Shown here: piece by piece, positions 1-13,049 of the stretch
Layout of the letters: every line of letters starts with the position of its first letter
Numbering within the stretch: the stretch's first letter is position 1
DNA from: Octopus bimaculoides
Lineage: Eukaryota
Assembly: GCF_001194135.2 (NCBI RefSeq)
Contig: NC_068989.1
Location: forward strand, 64,657,865 to 64,711,631
Direction of reading: 5' to 3'
Length of the DNA stretch: 53,767 nt
Made by a program: the position numbers and the translations under genes
Notes under the pieces: model-generated
Told to the model about the DNA's origin: nothing
Database searches by the model: none
Seen by the model: only the letters and a program-made list of their open reading frames with translations

Positions 1-101
1 TTTTCACTTCCCGAGCGTTTTACTAATACATATGTTTGTTTTCTACACCACCTGTCTTCGTCTTTTGTTTTTGTTTTGTGAATTCTCCCCTATATATATA
101 T

Positions 102-159
<58 letters not shown>

Positions 160-222
160 ATGTATCTTTATGTACATGTATGTATGTCTATATATGTATG
201 TATAAGCATCTCCGAAAGCTAT

Positions 223-430
223 ATGAGGTGCGTTCAAAAAGTATTGGATCTCATTTTTTCCCGCCCAAAATAATGCCGCGTGGACAAAATCCTTTGGGTT
301 GGGGGTGCTGTGTATGCACGAAAACTTTTGCGCTGCTAGGCTGAGTTAGTACCCTGGTGTTGCGCCTAGCATACAGATGTGTATTGCGCACTTGCTGCAT
401 TTTCGTTTTAACAGAGCGCATGCATAAACA
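223..430 (+). mobile_element. Possible mariner-type 5' terminal fragment
   Basis: TATGAGGTGCGTTCAAAAAGT resembles the TIR at 24727. No matching right end found. Confidence 0.35.
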
Positions 431-1068
431 CCCCCACACACATATATTGTTGTATTTCGGGACGGTCATTTTTTTGCCGGACAGTAATAACAGTAATAAA
501 CGAGTGAAGAACGAATATAGAGTGACTGTGCTTATTTAGGAAAGGAAAAATGACCAAACCGAAATACAACAATATCTGTTTCAACATACGATTTCACATC
601 AGGAATCTTGCAAGCATAAATTCATAAACGTATATTTTAAGTCGTGGTACAACAAGGCCCCAATGTTTACTGGAAATAGCAGTCGATAAATTTGTGAAGC
701 TATAGTAAATCTTCACTGTGTACATACTGGCAAAGACTTGTGAGGGTAGCGAACATGAAAAATTTCGTCTTAGCTCTAGGAAGAACATTAGATCAATGTT
801 CAATCCAGAATCGTATAATCTAATACCTAGGTTTCGGACTCTTCAAATACGTTTGTTATCGTAAATTTGATTAGTCTTCTTCAGCTAGATTTACCTGGAC
901 AATATTTCAAATGTTGCTAAATCAATGCCAGTATACTCTCCTGAACGCCTATGTATGTACATATATAGTAGAATAATAGAGAGAAACTTCTTGGTACAGT
1001 GTTATATATATTTGAAAGAATGAGTAGAGATGGCTTTTTTGTGGGGATAGTTTTTATTTTAATTTTGA

Positions 1069-1361
1069 TAATAATGTTTACAGTGAGTTACTCTGATATG
1101 AGATTCAAGCTTCAAGTAGCCATTTTCAAACTGAAAAATGTATGTTTTACTGGTTGCTTAAATAGCAAAGGATTTTTTCTAACAAGTATACATACAAAAA
1201 TAAAATATACAAAAAATATACATACATTTTTTGTATGTATACTTGTACAAAAAAATCTTTTTGCTATTTAAATAACCAGTAAAACATACATTTTTTCAGT
1301 TTGAAAACGGCTACTTGAAGTTCGAAATTCATATCAGAGTAACTCGCTGTAAACATTATTA
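1069..1361. mobile_element. Fold-back MITE (Tc1-like TA|CAGTG...CGCTG|TA core at 1081-1349)
   Basis: About 130-bp arms are near-perfect reverse complements around a short A/T spacer. Confidence 0.85.
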
Positions 1362-1374
1362 CTAAGATTAGAAT

Positions 1375-1640
1375 AAAACAGTTCTATATTTAAGAGATGA
1401 GGAATTATGCACATTATTTACATTTGACGGATATTTGTCCTCATCTTGTTTGTTGTTAACACAACTTTTCGGCTGATATACCCTCCAGCCTTCATCAGGT
1501 GTCTTGGGGAAATATCGAACCTGGGTTCTCATTCCTAAGCTATATTTCCATGTTATTATTACTATTATTCAGGTCACTGCTTCGAATCAAACTCGGTATC
1601 TTGCGGTTAGTAGACCGCATTCTTAACCTCTACAGCATAT
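1375..1640 (-). mobile_element. tRNA-derived SINE (family D) containing a hammerhead-ribozyme motif
   Basis: Minus-strand head at 1640-1570 with A-box-like TGTAGAGGTTAAG and B-box-like GAGTTTGATTC, then a TAA-like spacer and the hammerhead core at 1503-1458. Confidence 0.7.
1458..1503 (-). ncRNA. Minimal type I hammerhead ribozyme motif (Penelope-type), probably impaired
   Basis: GACAC-CUGAUGA-A-GGCUG(gaggguauau)CAGCC-GAAA-A-GUU-GUGUU. Helix I has 5 bp and helix II has 5 bp. Position 15.2 is A instead of C. Confidence 0.65.
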
Positions 1641-1744
1641 ACTGTACTGTATATTTTTAAAATTATTTTTATAATTTGTATATATTTATTTTATTATAAA
1701 TACAAAACAACACCACAGAGGAATCGACGTAAGTTTAAATAATA

Positions 1745-1787
1745 AGCCGCGATAGGTGAACCGCGATATGGCGAAGGATTACTGTAG
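1745..1787. mobile_element. pogo/Tigger-like TIR remnant
   Basis: aaccgcgatatggcgaaggattactgta; a related inverse motif caggatccctcgctatatcg lies at about 5561. Confidence 0.4.
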
Positions 1788-4010
1788 TACAAGAAACATT
1801 CTCAATTAACTGGAATTTTTCTTTGTGTTGGAGAAAGAAAGCGAAAACGTAGTTAATTTTTAGAGACTCTCCCTCTATCTCTCTAAAAAGGAAGAAAAAA
1901 AAAAAAATTAATTGTTAGTTTCTCAAAAGGAATTTACCGGCTTTGGTATTTGTCAGAAATAAAGCTACGAACATATTTCAGTCTTGTTGAACTGATTTTG
2001 CGATGCATTGTAAGACTGCAACCAACTTGATTAGTCGATAAATGTTTGATTTTTTTTTACTTATAAGATGCGTATTATTACAAACATTGTATTACAAACA
2101 TTGGCTAATAGTAATTTCTATAATTAAAATATACTATGTCCAAGGGAAATAACTCAAGTGAGTCACTGGCATGAGTTTAGATTTATAATTTTAAATTTGA
2201 TTCATTCAATGTCTTACAGAAAACATTCTCAATTTATTGAAATATTTCATTTAGTCTGAGTAAGAAAGTAACAGTCAAATAGTTTAAGTGACTTTCGAAA
2301 TAAATAGATTTAAGCTGAAAAGAGGAGAGTTAAGATTTGTTAATGACCATCACCATCCAGTTTAACTCCATCATTTGATAATAGAGATGTTTTATACACT
2401 TGGTTAGTATGGCTGCTTTGTTTGTCAGTAATGCAAATTATGTGTATTAGTTTTGAAGTAGGAAATAAATATTTTGTCTAAGATCAGTTTAGAAATGTGT
2501 AGCTCTGAATAGTAATGCCTACTACGGTATGCTCTTTAACAGATCGTTAAAAGGAAATATCGGATGAGGTATTCCTGGAAGGACGTGATGATCAAGGCTG
2601 GAATATCTATGATGATCTCAGTTCAAACAACAAACCATTATCACCGAGAACAACAGCAAAAAATCCCCCAAAACAAAAACAAAACAAATGACGAAAAGAA
2701 AGCACCATTGTATTTTCCCTAATGACAATAATCCCACCATGTTCTTTAACCGATCTAAAAACCGTTGTATTCACAGCAGAGGTTATACAAAAATAGACAA
2801 TTATTTCCACAGTGGCATAGTAACACAGAGAACACTAGAATTAAACGGAATTAAGAATAGACAATGCTTTAATACGTCTGAATTTAGCTATCTAGATCTA
2901 TGATAAGATCCTTATCTTTTGCATAATCTGAAAAATCTTTTGTGGAAAGTAGGAAAAGACAAAAATAATTATGACGTGTTATTACACGAGGTGACATAAA
3001 CTCGATTATTTTTAATTTCTTATACTTAACAATATGGGTTTCCTAAAATGTATTCTTCCCTATTATGATGAGTACATACACCATTATTTTTCCCGTTCTG
3101 ACGACATTTAGAGCAAGTGTTTTCAAGAAACATGAAATGAAAGAACAACACAAAAATGAACAAAGAAAAAACTTCGATCTGCCCACATAATCCTGATATG
3201 AAATTGATTTGTGGTTGTCACTTAAAAATGATTAAGTTTATTGCATTCCTCATTTTAGTAGACATTTAATAAGTAATGGACTTTAGATCATATGTAAATG
3301 ACCCGAGCCGCCATTAATTCTGATAGATATCTATTGAGATAATGACTTCAATAAGATAATGCAATGTTTCAAAAATTATTAGAGAAATGAACATATATTA
3401 CACAGCTTTAATGTCTTGTAGATAAAAGATTAAGAAAAAAAAATGATGTTTACCGGCTCTGTTTGGAAATTATGTAAAATTTAAGGATATCACAATATCA
3501 TGTGCAGCTGGTGATAAATATCTCTTAGATTCTCCAATATGGAGGGAAAATCCATTAAAAATGTACACCGACACAACAAGTAGTTTCCAAATCCGTTCTT
3601 TTTAGTGAATTTCGGATAGTATTAGAGAGTAAAGAAAATACTCTATCCGAATTGTTCTTATTTACAAATGATATTATTATATTTTGGTAGAATCATACTG
3701 CCAATAAAAGCACATGCATTGGAGATTTTTTCACTTCAGTTTCTTTATTATCAGCCAGTGAGATAGTTAATCTTCAGCGTTCTTTCGTCATAGCTTGTAC
3801 CCTTATCAATGACTTTGTGTCTCTTAAATACTCAATGCCTGTTTACTGTTCATCTCACGCGAGTTTTTGTAATTTTTCTTTTTCATCTATAGATTATCTA
3901 ACTGATTGATAATGAAACTAAAGTGAAACATAACCAGTGCATATGTGTTTATCGCTAGTATGACCCTTCCAAATGAAAAATAAGCTGCCAATATTTCTGC
4001 TGTAACAGAG

Positions 4011-4152
4011 GGTGGCGAGTTAGCAGAATCGTTAGCACGCCAGGCAAAATGCTTTGCGGTCTTTATGTTCCGAGTTCAAATTTCCCCAAGGTTGACTTTG
4101 TTTTCATACACCACCGCCAAAATTGCTGGCCTTGAGCCAAAATTTGAAACCA
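4011..4152 (+). mobile_element. SINE family A, partial
   Basis: ggtggcgagttagcagaatcgttagcacgcc...gagttcaaattt. Confidence 0.85.
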
Positions 4153-4209
4153 CTATTTCTGCAGAATTATTTGACCATAATATATTGTAAAAGTTCACAT
4201 TTCAAGTTT

Positions 4210-4400
4210 CGGAGTTGCATTTGTCTGGGAAGGGTTTTGATCTGACAGCGTGTCTTGAAACTAAACCAATTCAACGTGGAAGTCACACATCAGCCATTCA
4301 AAAACACAAAAAACTGTTAACTTCACTTAATCATGAGTCGTTTCGTATCAAAATTTTCGTTGCGCTAACTGCAACAGTTCTAGAGACGAGGCCACAGTTA
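4210..4400. mobile_element. Partial copy of the palindromic repeat at 11915-12240
   Basis: Shared block of about 90 bp, aligned by eye. Confidence 0.55.
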
Positions 4401-6475
4401 CTGCAGGAAATATGTTTTTTAACTATCTAATATGTGTTTTCTATGTGGTAGCATTCAGAATTATATCATAAAAATACCCTTAAGATTTAAGCTTTTCATC
4501 CGAATATATTTACTACATATCTATAGTTGTTACAAGTAGTTTCCCTATTAATTGTTCTTTTCAAACTATTTTTACTTTTCTATTTTCTCTAATATATTCC
4601 TGACAAACTGAGACAAATTTATTTCATGTCACAGTATTTGAACAAATTGAGTGCCTGATTGAGAAATCTGGAAATTATCGCCAGAAACTAACCTTGAGTA
4701 CTCAATCGGATGTTTTCTTTACAGATTACTGGTACTTTTTCATTTTCTGACAGCTAATGTATTGTTACTTTTAGTTAAAATGTAAACGGACGTTTTCACT
4801 AACAACGTTTGTTTGAATGAAGGCTAAGTAATACAATGAATAAAGATTAAAGACAAGACAATAAAGTTGAGCTACTTCAGCTGAAGACCACTTACTTTAT
4901 AACATGTGCCATTAATATATCAAAACCGAAACACACACACACAATCAATAGTAGAGGGAATTAGGAAGTATCGTTAATCAATTCCAGTACATGACTTTAA
5001 TTCCAATCTGTTAAATTAAAGGAATGAACCTTGCAATCTTTAACTTGGTAATTTTAAATTTCAATTGAAGAGATCGCTTCATAATTAAGCAAAAAGAAGA
5101 CCGTGATAAACCAGTTTTGATGCTTGTATCGAAACATCGAAAATCGATTTTCCAATATGTTTCTTTCTTCTTATCAGTGTTGAAACGGTTTCAAAACATG
5201 ACAAAAATTTTTAAAATCGTTCGAAATGATATTATCATACCATCAAATTGTATGAAGAACAAGGGAGATAAAACAGTTTATATTTACAAATCTACTGACT
5301 TGCTGAATTGTAATATCTCGCGGAAAACATCTTTGCAGTAAAAAAACTAAACAAGTATTGTTATTTTTGTTGTTTAGCTCCGGTTCAGGTCTTATCTGTG
5401 AGATTTATGATCAAAAGCCTTCTACTCCTGGTTACTCCACCTTATATTTTTAATATCTGGGACTTCAATGTTCAATGTATACCCACCTTTTTCTTTTTAA
5501 TGGCAAAGTGTGATTTGAGGGAGATTTGGCTGCTATTTATTGTACTTCGAGTGTTTACCTCAGGATCCCTCGCTATATCGTGTTCTCTCCAGATGCCTAC
5601 CAAGGAGAGAGCACATCTAAACGTATCGAATGCAAAAAGGTATTACGATGACTTTATTAGGACTAATACCTAGTTGTTAAATTGATAAGTAGGGACTCTC
5701 CTTTTAGAGAAAAGGGTTAAGATATATTACAGACACTGTATAGTTGATACCCATGTAAATTATTACAAAAATAATCATGTGATTTCAAAGTAACAAAATG
5801 TGATATAAATTATTCAAATTTCTGATTAAAATCAAAATAGTCATTGTGGTAATAATTATACAGAAATGTATTATCAAAGGAAACATTGGTTAAAAATGAA
5901 AGCAAAAACAAAACAAAATAGTTTAAGAATATCGCGATAAAAATTAAGTTAAATATTAATCTTTTATAGCTTTATTTCTAATGAAACACACTGTTTGTGT
6001 TTTAATTAATTTTAAAAGTGATAAAGAAGATGGGAGGGATTTAAGAAAAAAATAATTAATGTTTCTCATTATTAATCATAATTTAACAAAATGTTCTTTC
6101 TTACATAAAATTACGAGAGAAAAATTTAATTTAAATATCAACAGTTTAAAACAGACAGTTTTAATATAATAGAAGCAGAGGCGGTCTCAGGTGGGTTCAT
6201 ATCAAACGAGTTATTAAAGATACACACTTGAAATAAATCCCATCTGAATTTTGTAACATATTACCGAGTTATTTACATGAAAATACATTGATATTACTGT
6301 TTTGGCGTTCTGAGTTTGAATACATGCATAATGGTATTAAATAAAATGTAGAGACATCAAGAAGAAAACGCACATAACAAATATTAGCAGAATAACAACA
6401 AAAAAGAGTTCAAGTTGTATGCATCAACATTTACATTTCATAGTTTTTAACATCTTAATATGAATATATGAACGA

Positions 6476-6920
6476 AGGCTGCGAGCTGGCAGAACCGACA
6501 ACACTCCAGACAAAATACTTAGTGGCATTTCGTCCATCTTTACGTTCTGAGTTCAGATTCCGCTGAGGTCGACTTTGCCTTTCATTCTTTTTGGGGTCGA
6601 TAAAACAAGTATCAGTTGAGCACTGGGGTCGATATGATCGAATTAACCTCCCCTCTCTCGAAATCACTGGTCTTGTGCCGAAAATTTGAAATCAATACAA
6701 ATGTATTAAATAAAGCGGTGAGCTGGCAGAATCGTTAGCACGCCGGGCTAAAAGTTTTACGGCATTTCGTCTTTCTTTACGTTCTGAGTTCAAATTCCAG
6801 CAAGGTCGACTTTGCCTTTCTTTCTTTCTTTCTTTCTTTCAGGGTCGATAAAATAAGTACCGGTTGAGCACTGGTTGCGATCTGATCGAAATTGCTGACT
6901 TTTTGCCAAAATTTGAAGCC
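6476..6920 (+). mobile_element. Two tandem copies of SINE family A (6476-6695 and 6714-6920)
   Basis: Consensus GCGGTGAGCTGGCAGAATCGTTAGCACGCCGGGC...GAGTTCAAATTCC (B-box)...GTCGACTTTGCCTTTCATCCTTTCGGGGTCGATAAA..AGTACCAG..CACTGGGGTCGAT. The central domain resembles MetaSINE/MESC from memory. Confidence 0.9.
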
Positions 6921-6943
6921 AATAATTTCTTGATATATATATA

Positions 6944-7217
6944 GACGCAGGAGTGGCTGTGTGGTAAGTAGCTTTCTTACCAACCACATGGTTCCGGGTT
7001 CAGTCCCACTTCGTGGCACCTTGGGCAAGTATCTTCTACTATAGTCTCGGGCCGACCAAAGCCTTGTGAGTGGATTTGGTAGACGGAAACTGAAAGAAGC
7101 CCGTCGTATATATATATATATTTATATTGTGTGTGTGTGTGTGTGTTTGTGTGTCTGTGTTTGTCCCCCCAACATCGCTTGACAACCGATGCTGGTGTGT
7201 TTACGTCCCCGTAACGT
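6944..7217 (+). mobile_element. SINE family B (tRNA head, CORE-like domain, internal microsatellite), cut by a gap
   Basis: A-box tggctgtgtggtaag, B-box-like gggttcagtccc, CORE-like ggcaccttgggcaagtatcttct. Possibly octopus OR-type; not verified. Confidence 0.85.
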
Positions 7218-7227
7218 NNNNNNNNNN

Positions 7228-7271
<44 letters not shown>

Positions 7272-7334
7272 GAGTAAAATTATTTAGGTCATATTTCTCG
7301 CACAGCTAACACGAAAGGTAGTCTATGAACACAA

Positions 7335-8045
7335 CTGCTAACTGCTAGAACGTTAGGCAACTAATTTGTTATTGTTTCGCTTCTTTACATTCTGTGTTCA
7401 AATCTAGCCAAGGTCAACTTTGGTTTATATCTTTTCGAGGTTAATAAAATAAAGAACCAGTTAAATGCTAGGGTCAGTGGTGCTGCGACTTATACTATTC
7501 CTTCGAATCTGTCTTCCTACTGCCTAAATCAGAAATCATTGTCCCGGCTTCTTGCCCCTCTGAATTAATACATTTTAATATGGTCTGCTTATATGTGAAT
7601 GAGATAATGTTTTGGTGTGTGCATGTGTGTGTTGGTGATGATACAGGCTGTTACACATCAATAATCGCATCTCAATATGGTATTCGGGTATCATACTAAC
7701 ATAACGTATGATGACACATAGGTAGTCGTTTATAACGAGCCCAGCATGTGACTGGTACTTTATTTTATCGATCCAGGAGGGATGAAAAGTAAAACAGATC
7801 ACTGCTGGTTTTAAATTCAGTACATAAAGAGCCAGAAAAAAATACAGTAAGATATTTTCTCTGACATTTTATCAAGTCTGCCAACCCATCGTCCTATAAA
7901 AATTTTCAATGTATACAAAAGGCTACATATTTTGCCAGGAGGAGTTAGTCGATTATATCTACCCCAAAGCTTAACCGATGAATTACTTTATCGACATCGG
8001 ATGGATGGAAGGTAAAGTTAATCCAAGAGTGATTTGAGCTTTGAA
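7335..8045. mobile_element. Degenerate SINE family A pieces (7335-7530 plus; about 7733-8045 minus)
   Basis: Recognisable gtcaacttt, ataaaataaagaaccag and tggtacttta.tttatcga blocks. Confidence 0.6.
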
Positions 8046-8285
8046 CTTAACTGGAACTAATACCGTAATTGATTTTAACTTGCGCCCTAACGACACTGCC
8101 AATTCTTACAGAGATATTATGTTCAAGTGCAATAAAGTTGATAAGTGCAATTTTATGTAAGCAAACCATTAGTTCACGTATAACAATGATTTCATGCCGA
8201 TGATATATATATACAGCCATTAAACGCATACATTAAGACACAAACACTATATATATATATATATATATATACGCATACATGCATA

Positions 8286-9134
8286 CAGGGTCACCATTTA
8301 ATACTTTTAATTTCGTGCATGTGCATTGTTTGTTTTTGATTTTGTCAACTACACAGTATAGTAGGTCAATTGGGCACCGTCTGTGAGATAAAACAGCATC
8401 ATGACGCAAAACTTTGGAAACGACATGCTATACTGCTTGGCATTCGCGCCGGAAGCTCCAATACGAACATTTCAGAGTGTTTGGGTGTCAATCTGAGTGT
8501 TTGCCGTGTCCCAAAACATATACCAAGAGTGATAAAAATCAAATATCCAGTCAACATCATGGTGTTAGAAGTGGTCACTAGTATTGGCGATGTAATTCCC
8601 CCATTCGTCTTCCCACACGGCCTTAGACACAACACGGAGGCCTACATCAAGTACCTGGAGGAGGTAGTGCTGCCTTGGGTCAAGAGAGTGGCTGCTGGAA
8701 GGCCCTATATCTGGCGACAGGGCTCTGCACCATGCCGCACAAGCACGAGAATCCAGTCATGGTTGTCAGACAATTTCTGTGACCCTATCATCCCTAACAT
8801 CTGGCTACCTAACTCCCCAGACTGCAGCCCCCTTGATTATTGTGTGTGGGGCACAGTTGAACAGGAAACCAACAAAACTCCTTGTAAAACCAAAGACAAA
8901 ATGAAGGCAAGGATTATGGCAGCATTCACCAACTTAAACAAAGAGAGCGCCCAGAAGAGTTGAAGGAGATTCCGAAGTTATCTGGAGGCCGTGGATGAAG
9001 ACAATGGCGATTTTATTCAATAAATTTACTCTTTAGTATTTCAAGATAATTTTGGTAAATATGTGTTAAAATAAAATGTCAGTGTAATTTTCATTTTTAT
9101 GTAATTTAGACGACACTTTACTCACCGCACTCTG
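8286..9134 (+). mobile_element. Internally deleted Tc1/mariner of the DD37D (maT/Bmmar1-like) group; pseudogenised transposase
   Basis: ORF 8370..8963 joins an HTH start (LWKRHAILLGIRAG) to the C-terminal catalytic half (PVNIMV...PFVFP...WRQGSAPC...WLPNSPDCSPLDYCVWG). There are 37 residues between the second D (mutated to G) and the third D. A premature TGA at 8961 is followed by an in-frame tail to TAA at 9021-9023. Ends are CAGGGT and ACTCTG; the left TIR looks truncated. Confidence 0.9.
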
Positions 9135-9239
9135 TGTATATATATGTATGTATATACAGATACCTTTGAAACTACAAAGCATGCTTACAAAATATCTAAG
9201 ACAGAGTTACATACAGATACATTCATAGGTTTACAAATA

Positions 9240-9334
9240 AATAATAACAATGATGATGATGATGATAACATTAATAATAATAATAATAATGATGATGATG
9301 ATGATGACAATAATAATAGTAATAATAATAATAC

Positions 9335-9365
<31 letters not shown>
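9240..9365. repeat. (AAT)n/(GAT)n compound microsatellite just inside the intron after the 9376 donor
   Basis: Read directly from the sequence. Confidence 0.95.
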
Positions 9366-9375
9366 CTATACTTAC

Positions 9376-9862
9376 TGATTTATGTTTTCAAGTCGTACAT
9401 CGATATCGTTTAGAGATTGAATGTTGCCTTTTTCTGGATAATGATGGATCTCGAAGTCTAAGCCGACAAACTTGTTCATTGGCCCGGCACTTGACGATGA
9501 CTTGGGTGTGTAGGAGGTTCCGCTGGAATCCAGAGGGGATGGACCTGGAGGGTGAGGGACATGTGGAGAATCCAATAAATGTTCAGACTTTACAGGCTGG
9601 CGGCCCTGTCCCAACTGGGACATTCTGCTGGTGTCCATCGTTTTGGACGTCTTGTCAACAGACTGCTGACCTCCACTCCCAGAACACACCTGTTCGTGAC
9701 TGCTACTGGAGGGAGTCTGCTGTTGATGTACTTGTTGTAGAAGTTGTTGATGGTGATGGTGATATGGTAGTTGTTGGTGATGGTGTGGTTTTGCTTGTTG
9801 TTTTATAGGTTGTGCTTTGTGGTCTCGTCCTTTTACGGACGATACAATGCCTGCCACTGCGC
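9376..9862 (-). CDS. Internal coding exon 3 of 3 (487 bp, phase 1 to 2): His/Gln/Ser/Pro-rich low-complexity segment ending in KFVGLDFEIHHYPEKGNIQSLNDIDVRLENIN
   Basis: Acceptor caactttttgtAG at 9864-9863 and perfect donor CA|GTAAGT at 9375. 2+483+2 nt, matching ORF 9372..9857. The phase is compatible with direct splicing from 26137 (SIA-G-AVAG). Confidence 0.9.
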
Positions 9863-10287
9863 CTACAAAAAGTTGTGGAGCATGCTTAAGAGTTTTGGTA
9901 AAACTCTGCAGGTATAAGTAACACTATCTAACGTGACTGTATGTCGGCGTGGCTACTAACGTCATCGCAATATCCACAAAGTTACTAACATTCGCAAATT
10001 TATTCTCCCCGAATCACGCGCACGACCTAGATCTAACGTTCAACCTAACAACAAATATATGCATACACACATATATATATATATATANNNNNNNNNNNNN
10101 NNNNNNNNNNNNNNNNNNNNNNNNNNNNNNNNNNNNNNNNNNNNNNNNNNNNNNNNNNNNNNNNNNNNNNNNNNNNNNNNNNNNNNNNNNNNNNNNNNNN
10201 NNNNNNNNNNNNNNNNNNNNNNNNNNNNNNNNNNNNNNNNNNNATACATACATATACATATATAATATGTTTGTAAATGCATATATG

Positions 10288-10322
<35 letters not shown>

Positions 10323-11503
10323 GCATTTCTTTTCAATAAGTAATTTATATACACAATTTTTTCGCAAACGTGCATATTCTAAGATTTATTAATGAAAGAC
10401 ATAGAGAGAAGTTAAGTGCTAAACGCACACTGTCACACGTACATAGGCCTCTCGATTGTACACTTCATAAATAATATTTACATACCTCATTCTAATACAA
10501 ACCTACAGAGGTGCCGACGCCCAGTTACATATAAACACATACACACTCGTAAGAACTACACATGTATATTTGGGATACAGCTCTTTATTTAACCATGTTT
10601 AATTAACTTACTCGACAGAAAAATGTTTATGAAACACCTTCATGTTGAATCGTTAATATTTTCTTCCGGCATATCAGTTTAGTGAGTAGCGATGTCTAAG
10701 TTATTGGTCGAGCTTTCAGCTTCTTCAGGAAACAACATCACAGTGATGAGAGAATTATTAATTATATTAAAGTGTTAGTTTCAGATGAATTAGTATTCTA
10801 ACAAATAATGTCTAACCGTTAACGTAAACTACGAAACTAACACCATTTATACTTTGTACCTTTGTTCCAACGTATAATCAACGCATTAAATTCTTGAAGC
10901 ACAAACCAAAATGAAATCGATGAAATACTATAACATATTAAAACAACCTCTAGTCAGGTCGTACATTATCAAACTATGGAAGCTGAAAACTCTACTATAT
11001 GTTCATCACTACTTATTTTAAAATCAATATACTGTCTCTCTCACCAGACGTTTGCAGAACCATTAGAAGTTGTGATCGGCTCATTATTAAACAGGTTAAT
11101 AGAAGCTCTACTCGCGAATTTAAACCGTTTCTCACATGTTTATCATATCAGAATAATACTTCGAAAGTGAAAACAATGAAGAATACACGAGGTATTATAT
11201 GCAAATCAATACCGATTAATAGTATTTATCACTGCAATCTTAGCTATTATGTCCATCATGATGCATATATATATATATATGTATGTATGTATGCAAGTAT
11301 GTATGTATTCGTTGAATAGTGGTCTTATTTATACAACTAGGAGTTTTTCATGATTCTAGTGATATAACTAACCTGGAAGATGAATGTATAGTAAATTATA
11401 TATAATGGTGAGTGTATATAATTCTATAATTCTATTTGAAAATATACGACCACTTTAATGTTACTCTTAGACTGTCAGCAGAGATACATTATGTACATTA
11501 TGC

Positions 11504-11551
<48 letters not shown>

Positions 11552-11914
11552 ATCAATACGCACATGCACAAACACACAGAGTAACACATGTATTGGCTTG
11601 TTTCATTGAACTGCTGGACAATATCATTCATTTTACACACGTAGTTTCAACCCTCTGATCCTTCGTCTATCTTTCTTTGATTTGTCGATAACTATAACGA
11701 TTAATTCTAACTAAGCAATAGCTGAAATATATGTCAAGAAACAGTGCTATCATGAAAAAATAACATAAAAACTAATTCAACTGATTGAAATAAATTTCTG
11801 AATGTGATGCTAATTTAACTGAATCTACCGAGTAATTATAATGAATTAAAATCAGGATTATACCCCAAATAAGAAAAGACAATTATTTGAATATTTAACT
11901 CTGGTCAAGAAAAA

Positions 11915-12240
11915 CAGGGGAGATAAACACTGAAATTCAATTAAGTTACTGAGGTGTACTTGCCAAGCAAATGATTTGATCAGAGACGGTGTGTTGAAAC
12001 TAAAACGACTGCAACGTGGTAGATACATGTTAACCATTCAGAAACACACAACGACTGTTAACTTCAATGAAACATTTTTTGTTTGTGATAAAGTGTGAAA
12101 TCCTTCGTCGCTCAAAATTGTGACCTTGTCACTGACACGTTGCACTTCATCTCACGCAGTGTAAAGTTGTTAGTGACAAGGTCGCAGTTTCGAGCGACGA
12201 AAATTTTTGTCACAAACGTGAAATAAGTTATAATTGATTA
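11915..12240. mobile_element. Palindromic dispersed repeat (MITE-like); partial homologue at about 4210-4400
   Basis: 33-bp arms ttcgtcgctcaaaattgtgaccttgtcactgac and gttagtgacaaggtcgcagtttcgagcgacgaa. The block gtgttgaaactaaa...ttcaacgtgg...ccattca.aaacaca...ctgttaacttca is shared with 4250-4325. Confidence 0.65.
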
Positions 12241-12905
12241 AAATCAGGTTATAGTAGGGATTTCTGGCAGCACGTTGATAACTTCGGATTGTTATGTTTT
12301 TAGACTCATCAATAAAACCAATTCTGACAGTTACTGCAGAACTTAGATGACAAGGAATACACCATTTCTGTGAATAAACACTGAGTTTATTTGTAAGTTA
12401 AATGAAAGACTTCAAGGTAAAACATAACGACACCTACAAAATACGATTAATAAAGTTGTATAAATTGTTCATAAAGCCATAAAGCTAGCTGGTGTAGAAT
12501 CAATTAGTTCTACACCAACTAATTTTATGGATTTACGGTCAAATTAACTCCTTTTTTCCTTTCTTTTTCCATTTCCCCCCTTCCACTTGTTGCATTCACC
12601 TTCCCCTGTGTGTTTTTTTACTCGTGTGATTTCACTTGTTCTAATGTCATGGTTTATAACTTGTACAGGTCATGTGCTCAGAGCCCGAGATTGCTCACAG
12701 ACATCAGGTGCCTTATTAAAATCTGCCAAGAGACAACATCTCCAACTAGTAGTAGCTCATAACTATATATTGTGTACATTAGTGAATATATATACACACA
12801 CACACACACAAAGACACACACACATATATATGTATATATGTATACATGTATGTATGTACACATATGTATGTATCTATTGAATGTGCGCTTGTGTGAGTCT
12901 GTGTC

Positions 12906-12948
<43 letters not shown>

Positions 12949-12995
12949 NNNNNNNNNNNNNNNNNNNNNNNNNNNNNNNNNNNNNNNNNNNNNNN

Positions 12996-13049
<54 letters not shown>

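Noticed and set aside
2555-2695. Protein-like plus frame KEISDEVFLEGRDDQGWNIYDDLSS
   Set aside because: Overlaps the dispersed repeat also seen near 15030 and 39000; no good acceptor.
9479-9808. 109-aa plus-strand ORF
   Set aside because: Antisense shadow of the real exon.
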